A stretch of DNA of 64,000 bases from an uncultured Rhodospirillales bacterium (GTDB lineage Bacteria > Pseudomonadota > Alphaproteobacteria > Rhodospirillales > UBA2165), in the NCBI GenBank assembly GCA_905614355.1, contig CAJQSN010000010.1, positions 8,868 to 72,867 on the forward strand, read 5' to 3'. How positions within the stretch are numbered: the stretch's first letter is position 1; each line of letters begins with the position of its first letter. The position numbers and the translations under genes are program-made. Shown one piece after another: positions 37,159 to 48,165 of the stretch. The notes under the pieces were generated by a model. The model ran no database searches and was not told where the DNA came from. It was given only the letters and a program-made list of their open reading frames with translations.

Positions 37159-37905
37159 TTATAAATGGTGTAATACCTGGCCAATAAAATTTTGAGCACG
37201 TTCGGATGTCGGATTATCAAAAAATGCATCCGGCGTATTTTCTTCTATAATCTGACCTTCATCCATAAAAATTACGCGGTCAGCAACCGTTCGGGCAAAC
37301 CCCATTTCGTGCGTTACTACCAGCATGGTCATACCTTCCTGCGCGAGGTCTACCATCACATCAAGAACTTCTTTCACCATTTCAGGATCAAGGGCAGACG
37401 TAACCTCGTCAAACAGCATAATTTTAGGTTTCATACAAAGCGAGCGTGCAATGGCGACGCGCTGTTGTTGGCCACCAGATAATTGACCGGGATATTTTAT
37501 TGCCTGATCCGCGATTTTAACCCGTTCGAGATAGGTCATCGCCACTTCTTCTGCGTCACGTTTGGGTAGACGCCGTACAAGATGCTGGCCAATAATAAGA
37601 TTCTCGAGCACCGTCATATGAGGGAATAAATTAAAACTTTGGAATACCATACCTACTTCTAGACGGATGGAGTCAATATTCTTAACGTCGTCAGTTAACT
37701 CAATATCATCAACGATAATTGTACCTTGCTGATGCTCTTCAAGCCTATTGATACAGCGTATTAACGTTGATTTACCTGAGCCAGACGGTCCACAAATGAC
37801 AATCCGTTCCCCTTTTTTAACCTGCAAGTCTATATTGCGGAGAACGTGAAAATCGCCATACCACTTGTTTACGGTATTAAATGAAATAATCGGCGTTTCA
37901 GACAT
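37159..37905 (-). CDS. aapP: general L-amino acid ABC transporter ATP-binding protein
   Basis: Walker [10 protein letters not shown], signature [15 protein letters not shown], Walker [12 protein letters not shown]. Last gene of the aapJQMP-order operon. Confidence 0.85.
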   Translation of the reverse strand: MSETPIISFNTVNKWYGDFHVLRNIDLQVKKGERIVICGPSGSGKSTLIRCINRLEEHQQGTIIVDDIELTDDVKNIDSIRLEVGMVFQSFNLFPHMTVLENLIIGQHLVRRLPKRDAEEVAMTYLERVKIADQAIKYPGQLSGGQQQRVAIARSLCMKPKIMLFDEVTSALDPEMVKEVLDVMVDLAQEGMTMLVVTHEMGFARTVADRVIFMDEGQIIEENTPDAFFDNPTSERAQNFIGQVLHHL

Positions 37906-37924
37906 TTTAAATTCCTAGTTAACT

Positions 37925-39034
37925 CTAGTTATCAACATTACTTCTATTCTCAAGCCGTTTCGAATATTTTGACATCCCAAACGTAAAAACAAAATAAATC
38001 ATCGCAGCAAATACGTATCCAGAAGTTGAAATATGTGGAGGGCCAAGCCAATCAGGTGTTTCCAAAGACAAATGAATGATGCCCAAGAAATCGCTAAATC
38101 CAACTAATAAAACTATCGTTGTCTCTTTGAATATACTGATGCAGGTATTCACAAGTGCGGGAATTGAGTTACGAATAGCTTGCGGTAATATTATATAACC
38201 CATCATTTTCCAATAGGAGAGACCAATGGCACGCGATGCTTCAAACTGGCCCTTCGGAATGGATTGTAAGCCACCTCGAAAAACTTCCGCCATATAAGCT
38301 GAGTTAAAGGCAGCAAAAGCAATGAAAGCTCGAACTACAATATCAACCTTACCACCACCTGGCACAAAAAGCGGAAGGAGTGCTACAAACATTACAATAA
38401 CAACGATATGTGGCACGCCGCGCCAGAATTCAATAAATACTGTGCATACTTTGCTATAAATTTTTAAGTCTGACGTTCGCCCTAACATTAAAATTAAGCC
38501 GAGGGGGATAGATCCAAATATACCTGATGTAGCTATAGTAAGCGTTAGCAATAGACCACCAAAATTCTCTGGTGTAATATATTTAAGCCCCCAGAAACCT
38601 CCAATTAGAAATATATAGGCAGCAATTGGAAAGCCGATGAACATAGTCATCCTGATACGCATGGTTGACTTGCCGAAGGACCAGACAAAAGAAGCAATGG
38701 TAATAGCAGCTAAAACGTAGACAACATTTACCCGCCAATATAAGTCATTTGGATAAAGGCCGTAGACAAACAATCGCCAGCGACTTGTAATAAATGCCCA
38801 GCAGGCTCCACTACTATCGGGGCAGGCCTGTGCCGTTTCACCAAACCAAACAGCATTTATCAAACCCCAACTTAAAACAAATGCAACAAACTGATAAATG
38901 ATCCAAAACAGGAGGATGGAAATTACTATATTAAACCAGCTCGAAAATAAGTTCTCTTTCGACCAAGCCAACAATCCAGTAGTCCTTACGGGTGGGGGCT
39001 GTTCTTCATGAAAAATTCTATTTACTGGGTCCAT
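37925..39034 (-). CDS. aapM: general L-amino acid ABC transporter permease
   Basis: 369-aa polar-amino-acid-type permease with a long N-terminal extension, as in AapM. Operon position 3. Confidence 0.75.
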   Translation of the reverse strand: MDPVNRIFHEEQPPPVRTTGLLAWSKENLFSSWFNIVISILLFWIIYQFVAFVLSWGLINAVWFGETAQACPDSSGACWAFITSRWRLFVYGLYPNDLYWRVNVVYVLAAITIASFVWSFGKSTMRIRMTMFIGFPIAAYIFLIGGFWGLKYITPENFGGLLLTLTIATSGIFGSIPLGLILMLGRTSDLKIYSKVCTVFIEFWRGVPHIVVIVMFVALLPLFVPGGGKVDIVVRAFIAFAAFNSAYMAEVFRGGLQSIPKGQFEASRAIGLSYWKMMGYIILPQAIRNSIPALVNTCISIFKETTIVLLVGFSDFLGIIHLSLETPDWLGPPHISTSGYVFAAMIYFVFTFGMSKYSKRLENRSNVDN

Positions 39035-39045
39035 AGCTTTTCTTC

Positions 39046-40209
39046 TTATTTCCCTGGGATCTTCGTATAATAATTATAGATAGCCATCACAGTAGCTATA
39101 AAAAAACTAATTCCTAAGTAACTAACAAGTATAATAGCTTGCAATTCAATAGTTTGGCTAGTCTGGGTAGTCATGGCTCCATTCACAGCCCAGAATAAAT
39201 CCGCGTACCCGATCGCACCTGCAAGAGCTGTTGACTTTGCCAAATTCAAATATTGGTTCGTTAGTGGGGGAATAATCAAACGCATTGCCTGAGGTACAAT
39301 AATTTTCCGATAAGTCTGTATTTGACTTAGACCGATGGAACCAGCGGCTTCTCGCTGACCTTTATCAACGGAAAGTATACCAGCTCGAAGAATTTCTCCT
39401 ATAAATGCAGAGTTATATAAGGTGAGCCCAAATAGCATAGCAACAAATTCTGGCTGCAACGCCATACCGCCTTCAAAATTGAAACGGCCAAATTTTGGAA
39501 TATCCCATGTTACGGGAAAATCTAACAGCCACAAAACAATTAACGGCAAAGCAAAAATCAAACCAATACCGACAGTAAGAGCCGGAAACGGTTCTCCTGT
39601 ATTTGTTTGTCGTCTTGTTGCCCAGAACCAGATCGTAATCGCCAATAAAAAGGCAATAAGGATTGACCAGAAAATAGCATCAGAACCCGCTTCAAAGACA
39701 GGTGTAGGGCTCATAAAACCCTCGATATTTAAATAGGCTACATCAAAAAAATTAACTGATTGCCGTTTATCCGGAAGCATTTTAAGAGCCGCGAAATACC
39801 AAAAAAATAATTGAAGCAAAAGAGGTATATTGCGGAATATTTCAACGTAAACCTCACCAGACTTACGAAGTAGGAAGTTTCCAGATAGCCTGGCCATGGC
39901 AACAAAAAAACCAAAAAACGTAGCAAATAAGCCAGCAATCACCGATAGAATAATAGTATTAGCAAAAGTAACTACGATCGCATCCCAGTTACTCGATGCC
40001 GTAGAATAATCAAATATTGATTGACTAATCGCAAATCCAGCTTCATCCGATAAGAAGCCAAAACCGGTCTTAATACCCAGCCTCTCCAAATTTTCTTTAG
40101 CGGTATTAATTACAAAAAAAATACCAAAGGACAGTGCGAACACTAATCCCCATTGATAAAATAGCGACCGAACACTGCCCTTACGCCAAAAGCTAAACAA
40201 TCCAGTCAT
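39046..40209 (-). CDS. aapQ: general L-amino acid ABC transporter permease
   Basis: 387-aa permease, long-form like AapQ. Operon position 2. Confidence 0.75.
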   Translation of the reverse strand: MTGLFSFWRKGSVRSLFYQWGLVFALSFGIFFVINTAKENLERLGIKTGFGFLSDEAGFAISQSIFDYSTASSNWDAIVVTFANTIILSVIAGLFATFFGFFVAMARLSGNFLLRKSGEVYVEIFRNIPLLLQLFFWYFAALKMLPDKRQSVNFFDVAYLNIEGFMSPTPVFEAGSDAIFWSILIAFLLAITIWFWATRRQTNTGEPFPALTVGIGLIFALPLIVLWLLDFPVTWDIPKFGRFNFEGGMALQPEFVAMLFGLTLYNSAFIGEILRAGILSVDKGQREAAGSIGLSQIQTYRKIIVPQAMRLIIPPLTNQYLNLAKSTALAGAIGYADLFWAVNGAMTTQTSQTIELQAIILVSYLGISFFIATVMAIYNYYTKIPGK

Positions 40210-40264
40210 CAGGACAAAACTTCCATTAGTTTTCCATCAGTCTCATGAATATGAAATAAAAAGA

Positions 40265-40307
40265 CTTAGAGCCCTAAACCCTATGTACTAAGGTCCAGGG
40301 CTCCAAG
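40265..40307 (-). promoter_or_regulatory. intercistronic stem-loop between aapJ and aapQ
   Basis: cttagagccct (40265-40275) pairs with agggctccaag (40297-40307): an 11-bp stem with one mismatch. This is the usual position for SBP-mRNA stabilising hairpins. Confidence 0.35.
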
Positions 40308-40343
40308 AAACTGCCTATGGATATTTTCGTTTTAGCAAAAGGC

Positions 40344-41381
40344 CTAACGGAAAGGTGGCGAAATTAATAGCCCACCTTTAGTGTGGAGTGTATTTTTCCC
40401 ACGAGGCATTCCGAGACCATCCTTACCTAGATTTCGCTCCCAGATCTCACCATAGTTACCGACTGCTTTAATCGCGTTATAAGCCCAATCTTTTCCGAGG
40501 CCGATTTTATTACCAAACTTGCCAGTTTTACCTAACATGCGCTGAACAAATGGATTTTTTGAATTATCCCGCATGTCATCGATGTTTTTAGATGTAATTC
40601 CATGCTCTTCAGCGGCGATCAAAGCGTTCAGAGTCCAAACAACAATGTCTTTCCAAACTTGATCTCCATGCGGAACCATAGGAGAAATTGGCTCATTCGA
40701 AATTGTTTCAGGTAAGATCATATGCTCTGAAGGATTAGTCATCGAAGTTCGGCGAGCACCAAGACCAAATTTGTCCGTTGTGAATACGTCACAACGACCG
40801 GCATTATAAGCCTTCTGGGATTCGCCCATACTGCCAAAAGTAACCGCTTTGTATTTCATGCCGTTAGCGGCAGCAAAGTCGGCAACGTTTCCTTCGGTCG
40901 TAGCCCCTGATGAAAAACAAAAAGTAGCCCCATCAAGCTGTTTCCCACTGGTCACGCCAAGTTTCTTACGGACCATGAAACCCTGTCCATCAAAAACCAT
41001 GACACGCGTAAAGTCTAGACCTGTTCCAACATCTCTGCCAAAAGTCCAGGTAAAACGGTGTGTAACAACGTCAACACTGCCCGCTTTCATTGCATTAAAG
41101 GCAACAGGCAAACTCATCTTTGTGGTTTTTATCTTCTTTGCATCACCAAGAACTGCGGCACCAATCGCATGGCAAAGATCTATATCAAAGCCAACCATCT
41201 TACCTTCTTTGTTTATAAATCCATAGCCCGGCAAACCTGGAACAACACCGCAATGAAGAACACCAGCTTTTTTAACATCCGCTAACCGATCGGCCTTTGC
41301 CACAGTCGCCATTATACCTAGCGAAGCAATTGCAGCTGACATTACGGTCAAGCGTCCAATTTTAGAATTAAGAAATTTCAT
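40344..41381 (-). CDS. aapJ: general L-amino acid ABC transporter substrate-binding protein
   Basis: Aligns by eye along its whole length with Rhizobium AapJ as I recall it (GFDxDxC, YDGQGFMVRK, AGRCDVxTTD, NPxEHxILPExISKEP, NALIxAEExGIT, GNYGEIxERN, GGLxxxPPxR). Confidence 0.8.
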   Translation of the reverse strand: MKFLNSKIGRLTVMSAAIASLGIMATVAKADRLADVKKAGVLHCGVVPGLPGYGFINKEGKMVGFDIDLCHAIGAAVLGDAKKIKTTKMSLPVAFNAMKAGSVDVVTHRFTWTFGRDVGTGLDFTRVMVFDGQGFMVRKKLGVTSGKQLDGATFCFSSGATTEGNVADFAAANGMKYKAVTFGSMGESQKAYNAGRCDVFTTDKFGLGARRTSMTNPSEHMILPETISNEPISPMVPHGDQVWKDIVVWTLNALIAAEEHGITSKNIDDMRDNSKNPFVQRMLGKTGKFGNKIGLGKDWAYNAIKAVGNYGEIWERNLGKDGLGMPRGKNTLHTKGGLLISPPFR

Positions 41382-41509
41382 TTAATATCTCCCAGTGGAA
41401 TTGTGTAAATTTTTAAACAGTAGAATCTTAGCTGACATTACAATAATTTGACAATGAACTTATTACAAGTATTCTTTTGTTGTAAATACGCGTAACTGCA
41501 TTACATTTA

Positions 41510-42025
41510 TTGAACGCGAAAAAAAGCGGGCCCATGCTACAAAACGAAACGACGCCTTACATATCCGAGGATAAAGTGACAACGCAAATTCGTGCAATTT
41601 GGGTGCGTAATTTTTCTTGCATAAAGGAAACATTGCGTCAATTTAACCTCACGCCAGTGCAGTGGCGGGTCCTGGCAAATTTGCAGGAATTTAATGAACA
41701 GAACGTCTACTCCCTTGCAGAGCGAAGTTACACGAACCGCGCGAACCTCAGCCGTGATGTAGCAACTCTAGAAAAATTAGGCTTAGTCAAACGCAGCAGA
41801 GAAACTCGAGATCAACGTAATGTTCTAGTGACACTAACTAAAGCCGGTAGGGTTAAATTTAATCAAGTTAGACCCGCGGTTGAGCAGGAAACAAATTTCG
41901 TCCTTGAGGGCCTTTCACTCTTGGAAATTGAAACTCTGATGAAGTTATTAATTAAAGTAAAACATAACTCCTACCGTCAACACCCCATAATTCGAAATAC
42001 TAATAAGGAAAAATCTAATGCTTGA
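41510..42025 (+). CDS. MarR family transcriptional regulator
   Basis: Winged-HTH region LTPVQWRVLANLQEFNEQNVYSLAERSYTNRANLSRDVATLEKLGLVKR. The ATG at 41534 is an alternative start. Confidence 0.8.
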   Translation: MNAKKSGPMLQNETTPYISEDKVTTQIRAIWVRNFSCIKETLRQFNLTPVQWRVLANLQEFNEQNVYSLAERSYTNRANLSRDVATLEKLGLVKRSRETRDQRNVLVTLTKAGRVKFNQVRPAVEQETNFVLEGLSLLEIETLMKLLIKVKHNSYRQHPIIRNTNKEKSNA

Positions 42026-43712
42026 TTTGGCAAAAAAAACTGGTGGACAGATTATCGTCGACCATTTGATAAATAATGGTATTGACCGGGTATTTTCGGT
42101 GCCGGGCGAGAGTTTTTTAGGCGTTATGGATGCCTTATACGATCGAGCAAATGAAGTGCAATTTGTAAACTGCAGACAAGAAGGCGGCGCCGCATTTATG
42201 GCTGCTACCCTCGGTAAATTAACGGGAAAACCAGGCGTTTGTTTTGTCACTCGCGGACCCGGTGCAACAAATGCAAGCATTGGCGTGCATGTTGCCAAAC
42301 AAGATTCTGTGCCAATGATTCTATTTGTGGGACAAGTTTCGGTATCGTCGACCCATCGGGAAGCTTTTCAAGAAATAGATATCCCCGCGATGTTCACGCC
42401 TCTCGCCAAATGGGCCGTACAAATTGATGATGTAGAACGACTTCCCGAGTTACTCACTCGAGCAATAAAGATTGCAACTTCAGGAAGACCCGGTCCGGTC
42501 GTCATAGGAATACCAGAAGACATGCAGATGCAATTGGCTAATGCACCTGAAGTAGTCCCTAACGTTCCGATAATTTCCAGCCCTTCCTCTGCTCAAATCA
42601 AGCAATTAGGTGTGTTGATTAGTGGATCACAGCAACCCGTAATTATGTTAGGAGCTTCAACTTGGAATTCAAAGGCCTGCGATCAAGTTGCAGAATTTGC
42701 CAAACAGCACGATATACCGGTTGTTGCGGGATTTAGATGCCAAGATAAAATTAATAACGATCACCCCAATTATATTGGGTGTATAGGCCCTGGAACACCA
42801 CCTCATATAACCAACCTGATAAATGACTCTGATTTATTTATATGCCTTGGAGTCGAACTAAGTGAGATTGTTACTCAAGGATTCTCGCAATTTACCTTTC
42901 CAAGGATGAAGCAAACGTTGGTTCACGTGCATCCAGAGGAGGATGAACTGGGGCGGATTTATCAACCTGAACTCGCAATCCAATCTACTATGGCAGAGTT
43001 TGCAGCTTCGATAATGGATAAAAATTTCAAAGCAAGTACAAAAAAGACAGCAAACACCCAAGAGCTACGAGCACAGTTTGAAAAATTCGTTACGCCTTCA
43101 AACTGTCCTGGAGATGTTCACATAGGAGAAATCCTTAGCTGGTTAGACAAGCGACTACCTAACGACGCAATCGTATCATGTGGCGCTGGTAATTACACCC
43201 ACTGGGTATTACGGTTTATTCAACATCGCCGTTTTGGAACCCAATTAGCTCCTCTTGGCGCGGTCATGGGTTATAGTGTACCGGCGGCAATCGCAGCTTC
43301 AATAGAATTTCCTGACCGCATATCTATCGCTTTTGCCGGGGATGGATGCTTTTTGATGAATTCCCAGGAAATAGCAACAGCAAAAATGTACGGCGCCAGC
43401 CCAATAATTATAATCATCAACAATGGGATTTATGGTGCCATTCGAATGCACCAGGAACGGGAATTTCCAACCCGCTCCATCGGTACTGACCTGGTAAACC
43501 CAGACTTTGTCGCCTATGCCAAATCCTTTGGTGCGAATGCCTATCAAATTACAAAAACAGAAGATTTTGAACAGGCATTCGAGACGGCTATTAAAAATCA
43601 GGGCCCGAGTATAATTGAACTTGTTGTTTCAGAAGAGGCTATATCACCCGCCTTCACTCTTAGCGAATTGATAGAAAAATCAGTACAGAAAAAGAATAAG
43701 GAAAACATATAA
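42018..43712 (+). CDS. thiamine-diphosphate-dependent enzyme (acetolactate synthase large-subunit-like family)
   Basis: N-terminal PYR domain (GIDRVFSVPGESFLGVMDAL ... GPGATNASIG) and the ThDP motif GDGCFLMNSQEIATA...NNG. No small regulatory subunit is adjacent. Confidence 0.85.
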   Translation: MLDLAKKTGGQIIVDHLINNGIDRVFSVPGESFLGVMDALYDRANEVQFVNCRQEGGAAFMAATLGKLTGKPGVCFVTRGPGATNASIGVHVAKQDSVPMILFVGQVSVSSTHREAFQEIDIPAMFTPLAKWAVQIDDVERLPELLTRAIKIATSGRPGPVVIGIPEDMQMQLANAPEVVPNVPIISSPSSAQIKQLGVLISGSQQPVIMLGASTWNSKACDQVAEFAKQHDIPVVAGFRCQDKINNDHPNYIGCIGPGTPPHITNLINDSDLFICLGVELSEIVTQGFSQFTFPRMKQTLVHVHPEEDELGRIYQPELAIQSTMAEFAASIMDKNFKASTKKTANTQELRAQFEKFVTPSNCPGDVHIGEILSWLDKRLPNDAIVSCGAGNYTHWVLRFIQHRRFGTQLAPLGAVMGYSVPAAIAASIEFPDRISIAFAGDGCFLMNSQEIATAKMYGASPIIIIINNGIYGAIRMHQEREFPTRSIGTDLVNPDFVAYAKSFGANAYQITKTEDFEQAFETAIKNQGPSIIELVVSEEAISPAFTLSELIEKSVQKKNKENI

Positions 43713-44834
43713 ATGCCTGACAGAATTGTCGACCCAAAGCTGCTTCTCAGATCTGAAGTTGCCGATATGATACCCATTAAAGTGGGAGCAAAATATAATG
43801 CATTTTCTGAAGTTAAAAGTAGATTGAATATTGAACCTTTGAGAATGGGAGCTAATGAAAACCCATATGGCCCAAGCCCTCTCGTCGTTCAGGCAATCCA
43901 GAAAAAAATTACAGAAGTGCACCGCTACCCTGACAATACGTGTTACGAGCTCTCAAAAAAAATGGCTGCTTTCCATGGCGTAGAACCTGGTAGATTAATG
44001 TTTGATTGTGGTTCAGAATCTATAATGGCGAAGCTGATAAATTATTGTATAAAACCAGGTGACAAAATCTTAAGCTTCTCACCGAGTTTTCCATTCATAA
44101 ATATAATAGGACAGGCAGCGGGAGCGGACCTTATTAGTCTTGCCCACGAAGATGATCTTAGTTTTTCAGTAGAAAAATTCTGCGAAGCTTTAGCTAATGG
44201 CGTTCGTTACGTTTATTTATGTATGCCCAACAACCCCACGGGCACATATTTTTTGGGACCAGAATTAGAAAAAATTATTGCCGCAGCTCACCCTGAAACA
44301 CTCTTTATACTCGATGAAGCATATGTCGAATTTGCGGTGAACAAATCAGATTACCCGGACGCCATAAAAATCCTAGAGGCGGCCCAACAACCCTATATTT
44401 CTCTTCGCACGATGTCTAAAGCATATGCCCTTGCCGGAATGCGAATAGGCTACGCTATTACCTATTGCGAGGAATTTACAGCGTTACTTAAACCAGGTCC
44501 CGTTTTTAACGTCGGTCTGTTAACGCTTGAAGCTGCGATGGCAGCACTAGAAGATACAGATCATCTCGAAAGGTACATTAATATAGTGTCCAGTGAACGT
44601 ACCCGTATTGAAAAAGAATTAAAATCCAAGAATATCCAATTTTTTAACTCAGCGGGTAATTTTGTTTGCTTATCGCTACCTACGTTAGAACAAGCTCAGG
44701 TGATTGAAACTAAAATGCAGAGTGTGGGAATATTTGTTAAGAGCCAGAAAGGACGCAATAACGAGGGCGTCGTTCGGATTACCATAGGCAGACCAGAAGA
44801 CAATGATAAAGTTTTAGACAATTTGACACTTTAA
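43713..44834 (+). CDS. class I/II (HisC-like) pyridoxal-phosphate aminotransferase
   Basis: ANENPYGPSP, PNNPTGT, DEAYVEF and the PLP-lysine motif TMSKAYALAGMRIGY. The start abuts the upstream stop (TAA ATG). Confidence 0.8.
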   Translation: MPDRIVDPKLLLRSEVADMIPIKVGAKYNAFSEVKSRLNIEPLRMGANENPYGPSPLVVQAIQKKITEVHRYPDNTCYELSKKMAAFHGVEPGRLMFDCGSESIMAKLINYCIKPGDKILSFSPSFPFINIIGQAAGADLISLAHEDDLSFSVEKFCEALANGVRYVYLCMPNNPTGTYFLGPELEKIIAAAHPETLFILDEAYVEFAVNKSDYPDAIKILEAAQQPYISLRTMSKAYALAGMRIGYAITYCEEFTALLKPGPVFNVGLLTLEAAMAALEDTDHLERYINIVSSERTRIEKELKSKNIQFFNSAGNFVCLSLPTLEQAQVIETKMQSVGIFVKSQKGRNNEGVVRITIGRPEDNDKVLDNLTL

Positions 44835-44924
44835 TTGAGATAAATAGTCTTATAATTACTTAATCTAATCTATATCAAAGAGAAAGTAGCGTAATTTAAT
44901 TTTTATATGGGGCTAACTTAAGGT

Positions 44925-46514
44925 ATGAAAAAACCAAATATTTTACTCTTTATTACTGACCAACAACGTGCCGACCACGTCGGCTGCTACGGTAATAAAA
45001 TAGTCAAAACACCAAACATTGATGCTATCGCAGCCAAAGGGACGCGTTTCGATAAATTTTATGTCAATAATCCGATCTGTAGCCCCAACAGAGCAAGTCT
45101 GATGACCGGTCGCATGCCGTCGTCTCATGGGCTCCGTTATAACGGTGCACCTCTTGCGTTAACTGCACGAACATTCGTAGAAAGTCTGGCAGAAAGTGGC
45201 TATCAAACAGCGTTAATTGGTAAATCCCATTTGCAGAATATGAATGGCGGCGCCCCCGAATGGTTGCCATCAGAAGATGATTTTGCAGTTGATAAAAATG
45301 GTTTTCCACGCGAAGCTACACGGCATAATTTTGATACCCCAGATTATAAAAATGAAAATTCTCAAGCCTGGGAAGACGATCCAAATCATAAGATCAATCT
45401 ACCTTTCTACGGTTTCGACCATGCCGAAATCTGTACGAGGCATGCCGACAGAACCGGCGGATCTTATCTACGCTGGATCGAAGAGAAATATCCAGATTAT
45501 AAGTCTCTCCGTGGTCGCGAAAATGCCTTACCCGATAATCGTATTTCAACACCACAGGCATGGAGAACGGCCGTACCTGAAGAGCTTTACTCGACGGCAT
45601 ATGTAGGTACGCGCACGATAGATTATATAGAAAATCATGCCGCACAGCATAAAGAGAGCCCATTTTTCATCCAGTGTTCCTTTCCAGACCCTCACCATCC
45701 CTTCACACCGCCCGGTAAATATTGGGATATGTATGATCCAGCATCTATCCCCCTACCCGAATGGTTTAATGAGGGCATGTCTCCTATAACCCAACATTTA
45801 CGATCAGAATTAGAAAACGGTACAGCAATCCGTGAAAGTCAAATGCCCTACGCTGTTACACGCAAGGAAGCCCAAGAGGCCATTGCACTTACCTACGGTA
45901 TGATTTCTATGGTTGATGATTATATTGGTGAAGTTTTAGCGACCTTGGACCGGCTCAAGTTGACGGATGATACATTGATTATTTTTACGTCCGACCACGG
46001 CGATTATATGGGTGACCACGGTCTCATGTTAAAAGGACCCATCCACCTACATGGTATGTTAAGGGTCCCATTTATCTGGAGTGATCCGCATCTTGCAACA
46101 CCAGACATAATCCAATCGCTCGCCTCAACCATTGATATTGCTCCCACCGTTCTCGATCGTGCGGGTATAAAACCGTATTATGGCATTCAAGGTTTATCGC
46201 TGACGGGCGCCCTTGATGGATCTGGCAATTACCGGCGAGAAGCAACTCTAATCGAAGATGATCGAGAACGCGTATATTTAGGACTTAAAGAACCTCAAAG
46301 GGTTCGGACGATGATCACAGAACAGTACCGCCTTACTAAGTATCAGCCACTAGAAATCAACGAACTATATGACTTAGTAAACGATCCTGCTGAATCAACA
46401 AATTTATGGAATGAGCCCAAGAGCGAGGCAATCCGCGCTCAACTGACAAACCAAATGCTAGAACTCATTATTAAACATCAAGATAAAACCCCTTTAAGTA
46501 ATGGAGACGCATAA
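44925..46514 (+). CDS. sulfatase family protein (Cys-type, canonical CxPxR)
   Basis: PNILLFITDQQRAD, formylglycine motif CSPNRASLMTGR, GKSHL, FTSDHGDYMGDHG. Confidence 0.85.
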   Translation: MKKPNILLFITDQQRADHVGCYGNKIVKTPNIDAIAAKGTRFDKFYVNNPICSPNRASLMTGRMPSSHGLRYNGAPLALTARTFVESLAESGYQTALIGKSHLQNMNGGAPEWLPSEDDFAVDKNGFPREATRHNFDTPDYKNENSQAWEDDPNHKINLPFYGFDHAEICTRHADRTGGSYLRWIEEKYPDYKSLRGRENALPDNRISTPQAWRTAVPEELYSTAYVGTRTIDYIENHAAQHKESPFFIQCSFPDPHHPFTPPGKYWDMYDPASIPLPEWFNEGMSPITQHLRSELENGTAIRESQMPYAVTRKEAQEAIALTYGMISMVDDYIGEVLATLDRLKLTDDTLIIFTSDHGDYMGDHGLMLKGPIHLHGMLRVPFIWSDPHLATPDIIQSLASTIDIAPTVLDRAGIKPYYGIQGLSLTGALDGSGNYRREATLIEDDRERVYLGLKEPQRVRTMITEQYRLTKYQPLEINELYDLVNDPAESTNLWNEPKSEAIRAQLTNQMLELIIKHQDKTPLSNGDA

Positions 46515-46626
46515 CACAACTGTGCAATATTGGAACTAAAGTAAAAAATATCTATCAGAAATTAAACGTTCTCATATTTTTATCAAAAGCTAGTAGCAGA
46601 ATTATTTGAAACTAAAAGGAATAACG

Positions 46627-47259
46627 ATGTCTGATCTTGTATTTGAAGGAAAGCCTTATTCTCACGAATTTGGGAAATTTGAAATTCGTCGCTGGTATGC
46701 GCAAAGCCAAGATATACTAACCAATGAAACATGGAAGACATCTGGCCTTGAGTACCCACAGCGTAAAGTTATAGTAGGTGCCGTTGTCAAAAACCCATTT
46801 TCTGGTCAGTTTGAGAGTGATCTATCTTCCATTTTTAACAATACAGCTGACCTCGGCCATGAATTTGGCCGTCGTATTGTCGAAAATCTAGGCGGCCGAG
46901 ATGCAGAAAGTTATGGTAAAGCCTGTCTCGTTGGACTTAATGGTGAATATGAACATGGTAATGCATTCCTTACGACCACCTTCGCCAATCCAGTTCGAGC
47001 AGCAATCGGTGACGCTAAATCATGGATACCGTCGACCGGAAAACGCGGTGTCCCTGGCACATCGATCGATATTCCCCTCGCACACAAGGAAGCTCTATAC
47101 GTTCGATCACACTACGACTCAATTACAGCGACATTCGATGACGCACCTGCGCCAGATGAAATTGTTATTCTATTTGCTGTTGCTACCCAAGGCCGCATTC
47201 AAGCGAGATTAGGTGGTCTCACCGCCGATGAGATAACAGGTAAAGACGGACTAGTTTAA
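46627..47259 (+). CDS. 'amino acid synthesis' family protein (DUF1185-like)
   Basis: The ATG at 46627 follows AAAGGA. ~210-aa soluble protein. RKVIVGAVVKNPFSGQFESDLS and GKACLVGLNGEYEHG match my recollection of this family. No search was run. Confidence 0.5.
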   Translation: MSDLVFEGKPYSHEFGKFEIRRWYAQSQDILTNETWKTSGLEYPQRKVIVGAVVKNPFSGQFESDLSSIFNNTADLGHEFGRRIVENLGGRDAESYGKACLVGLNGEYEHGNAFLTTTFANPVRAAIGDAKSWIPSTGKRGVPGTSIDIPLAHKEALYVRSHYDSITATFDDAPAPDEIVILFAVATQGRIQARLGGLTADEITGKDGLV

Positions 47260-48165
47260 ATGTCAGATAATATTCCGAACTCTCGTATTCTGAGTCGCGA
47301 GAGGGTTGTCCTTTCTGGCAAATTAAAAATAAATATAGTTGAGTGGGGGCAAGCTACTGCCCACACTATCATTATGCTACACGGTTTAAGAGCCTACGCA
47401 CAGACTTGGGATCGCGTTGCCCAGGTTTTAGCTAAGAAATACCACGTTATGGCTCTCGATCAGCGTGGCCGTGGAAAGAGCGACTGGGGTTCATCTACGG
47501 ATTATTTCACACCAAATTATGTTGAGGACTTAAAGAACGTAATTGATGGACTAGGCCTAAATAAATTTACTCTGCTGGGTCACTCGATGGGAGGCGCAAC
47601 AGCACTTGTATTTTCTCAAATGTACCCAGGATATCTTGATGGCCTGGTAGTTGAGGACATAGGCCCTGGCTCTTCGGCAGCATCAAACGGAGCGGATCGC
47701 ATAAAAAAAGAATTGAATAATACACCGCGACTATTTAGATCTCGCGCAAAAGCAAAACTATTTTGGCAGGAGGCACGCCCAGGGGCTCCCGATGAAGCTA
47801 TTGAGCAAAGGTTGAAATATATGATGGTCGAAGACAAAGACGGTACGATGAAATGGCGCTACGACCTAGAGGGTATTTCTGAAGCTCGTTTGGATCCCGA
47901 TATTTTAAAGATCCCGGATCTTTGGCCACCAGTCCTCAATCTAAATATACCTACACTAGTACTTCGTGGTGAAAATTCAGATTTCCTGTCTCAGAAGGTA
48001 TTATCCGAGATGGCACAACAAAATTCACATATCAAAACTTTCGAAATCTCAAACGCCTCTCATTACATTCATGACGATAATTTTTCAGAGTTCATGACAC
48101 GGCTTGAACCATTTTTGGCAGAACTTTATCAAATACAACTATCAAGAAAGGATAATGTCAAATGA
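47260..48165 (+). CDS. alpha/beta hydrolase
   Basis: Nucleophile elbow GHSMGG, HGLRAY oxyanion region, C-terminal SHYIHDD. The start immediately follows the upstream stop. Confidence 0.8.
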   Translation: MSDNIPNSRILSRERVVLSGKLKINIVEWGQATAHTIIMLHGLRAYAQTWDRVAQVLAKKYHVMALDQRGRGKSDWGSSTDYFTPNYVEDLKNVIDGLGLNKFTLLGHSMGGATALVFSQMYPGYLDGLVVEDIGPGSSAASNGADRIKKELNNTPRLFRSRAKAKLFWQEARPGAPDEAIEQRLKYMMVEDKDGTMKWRYDLEGISEARLDPDILKIPDLWPPVLNLNIPTLVLRGENSDFLSQKVLSEMAQQNSHIKTFEISNASHYIHDDNFSEFMTRLEPFLAELYQIQLSRKDNVK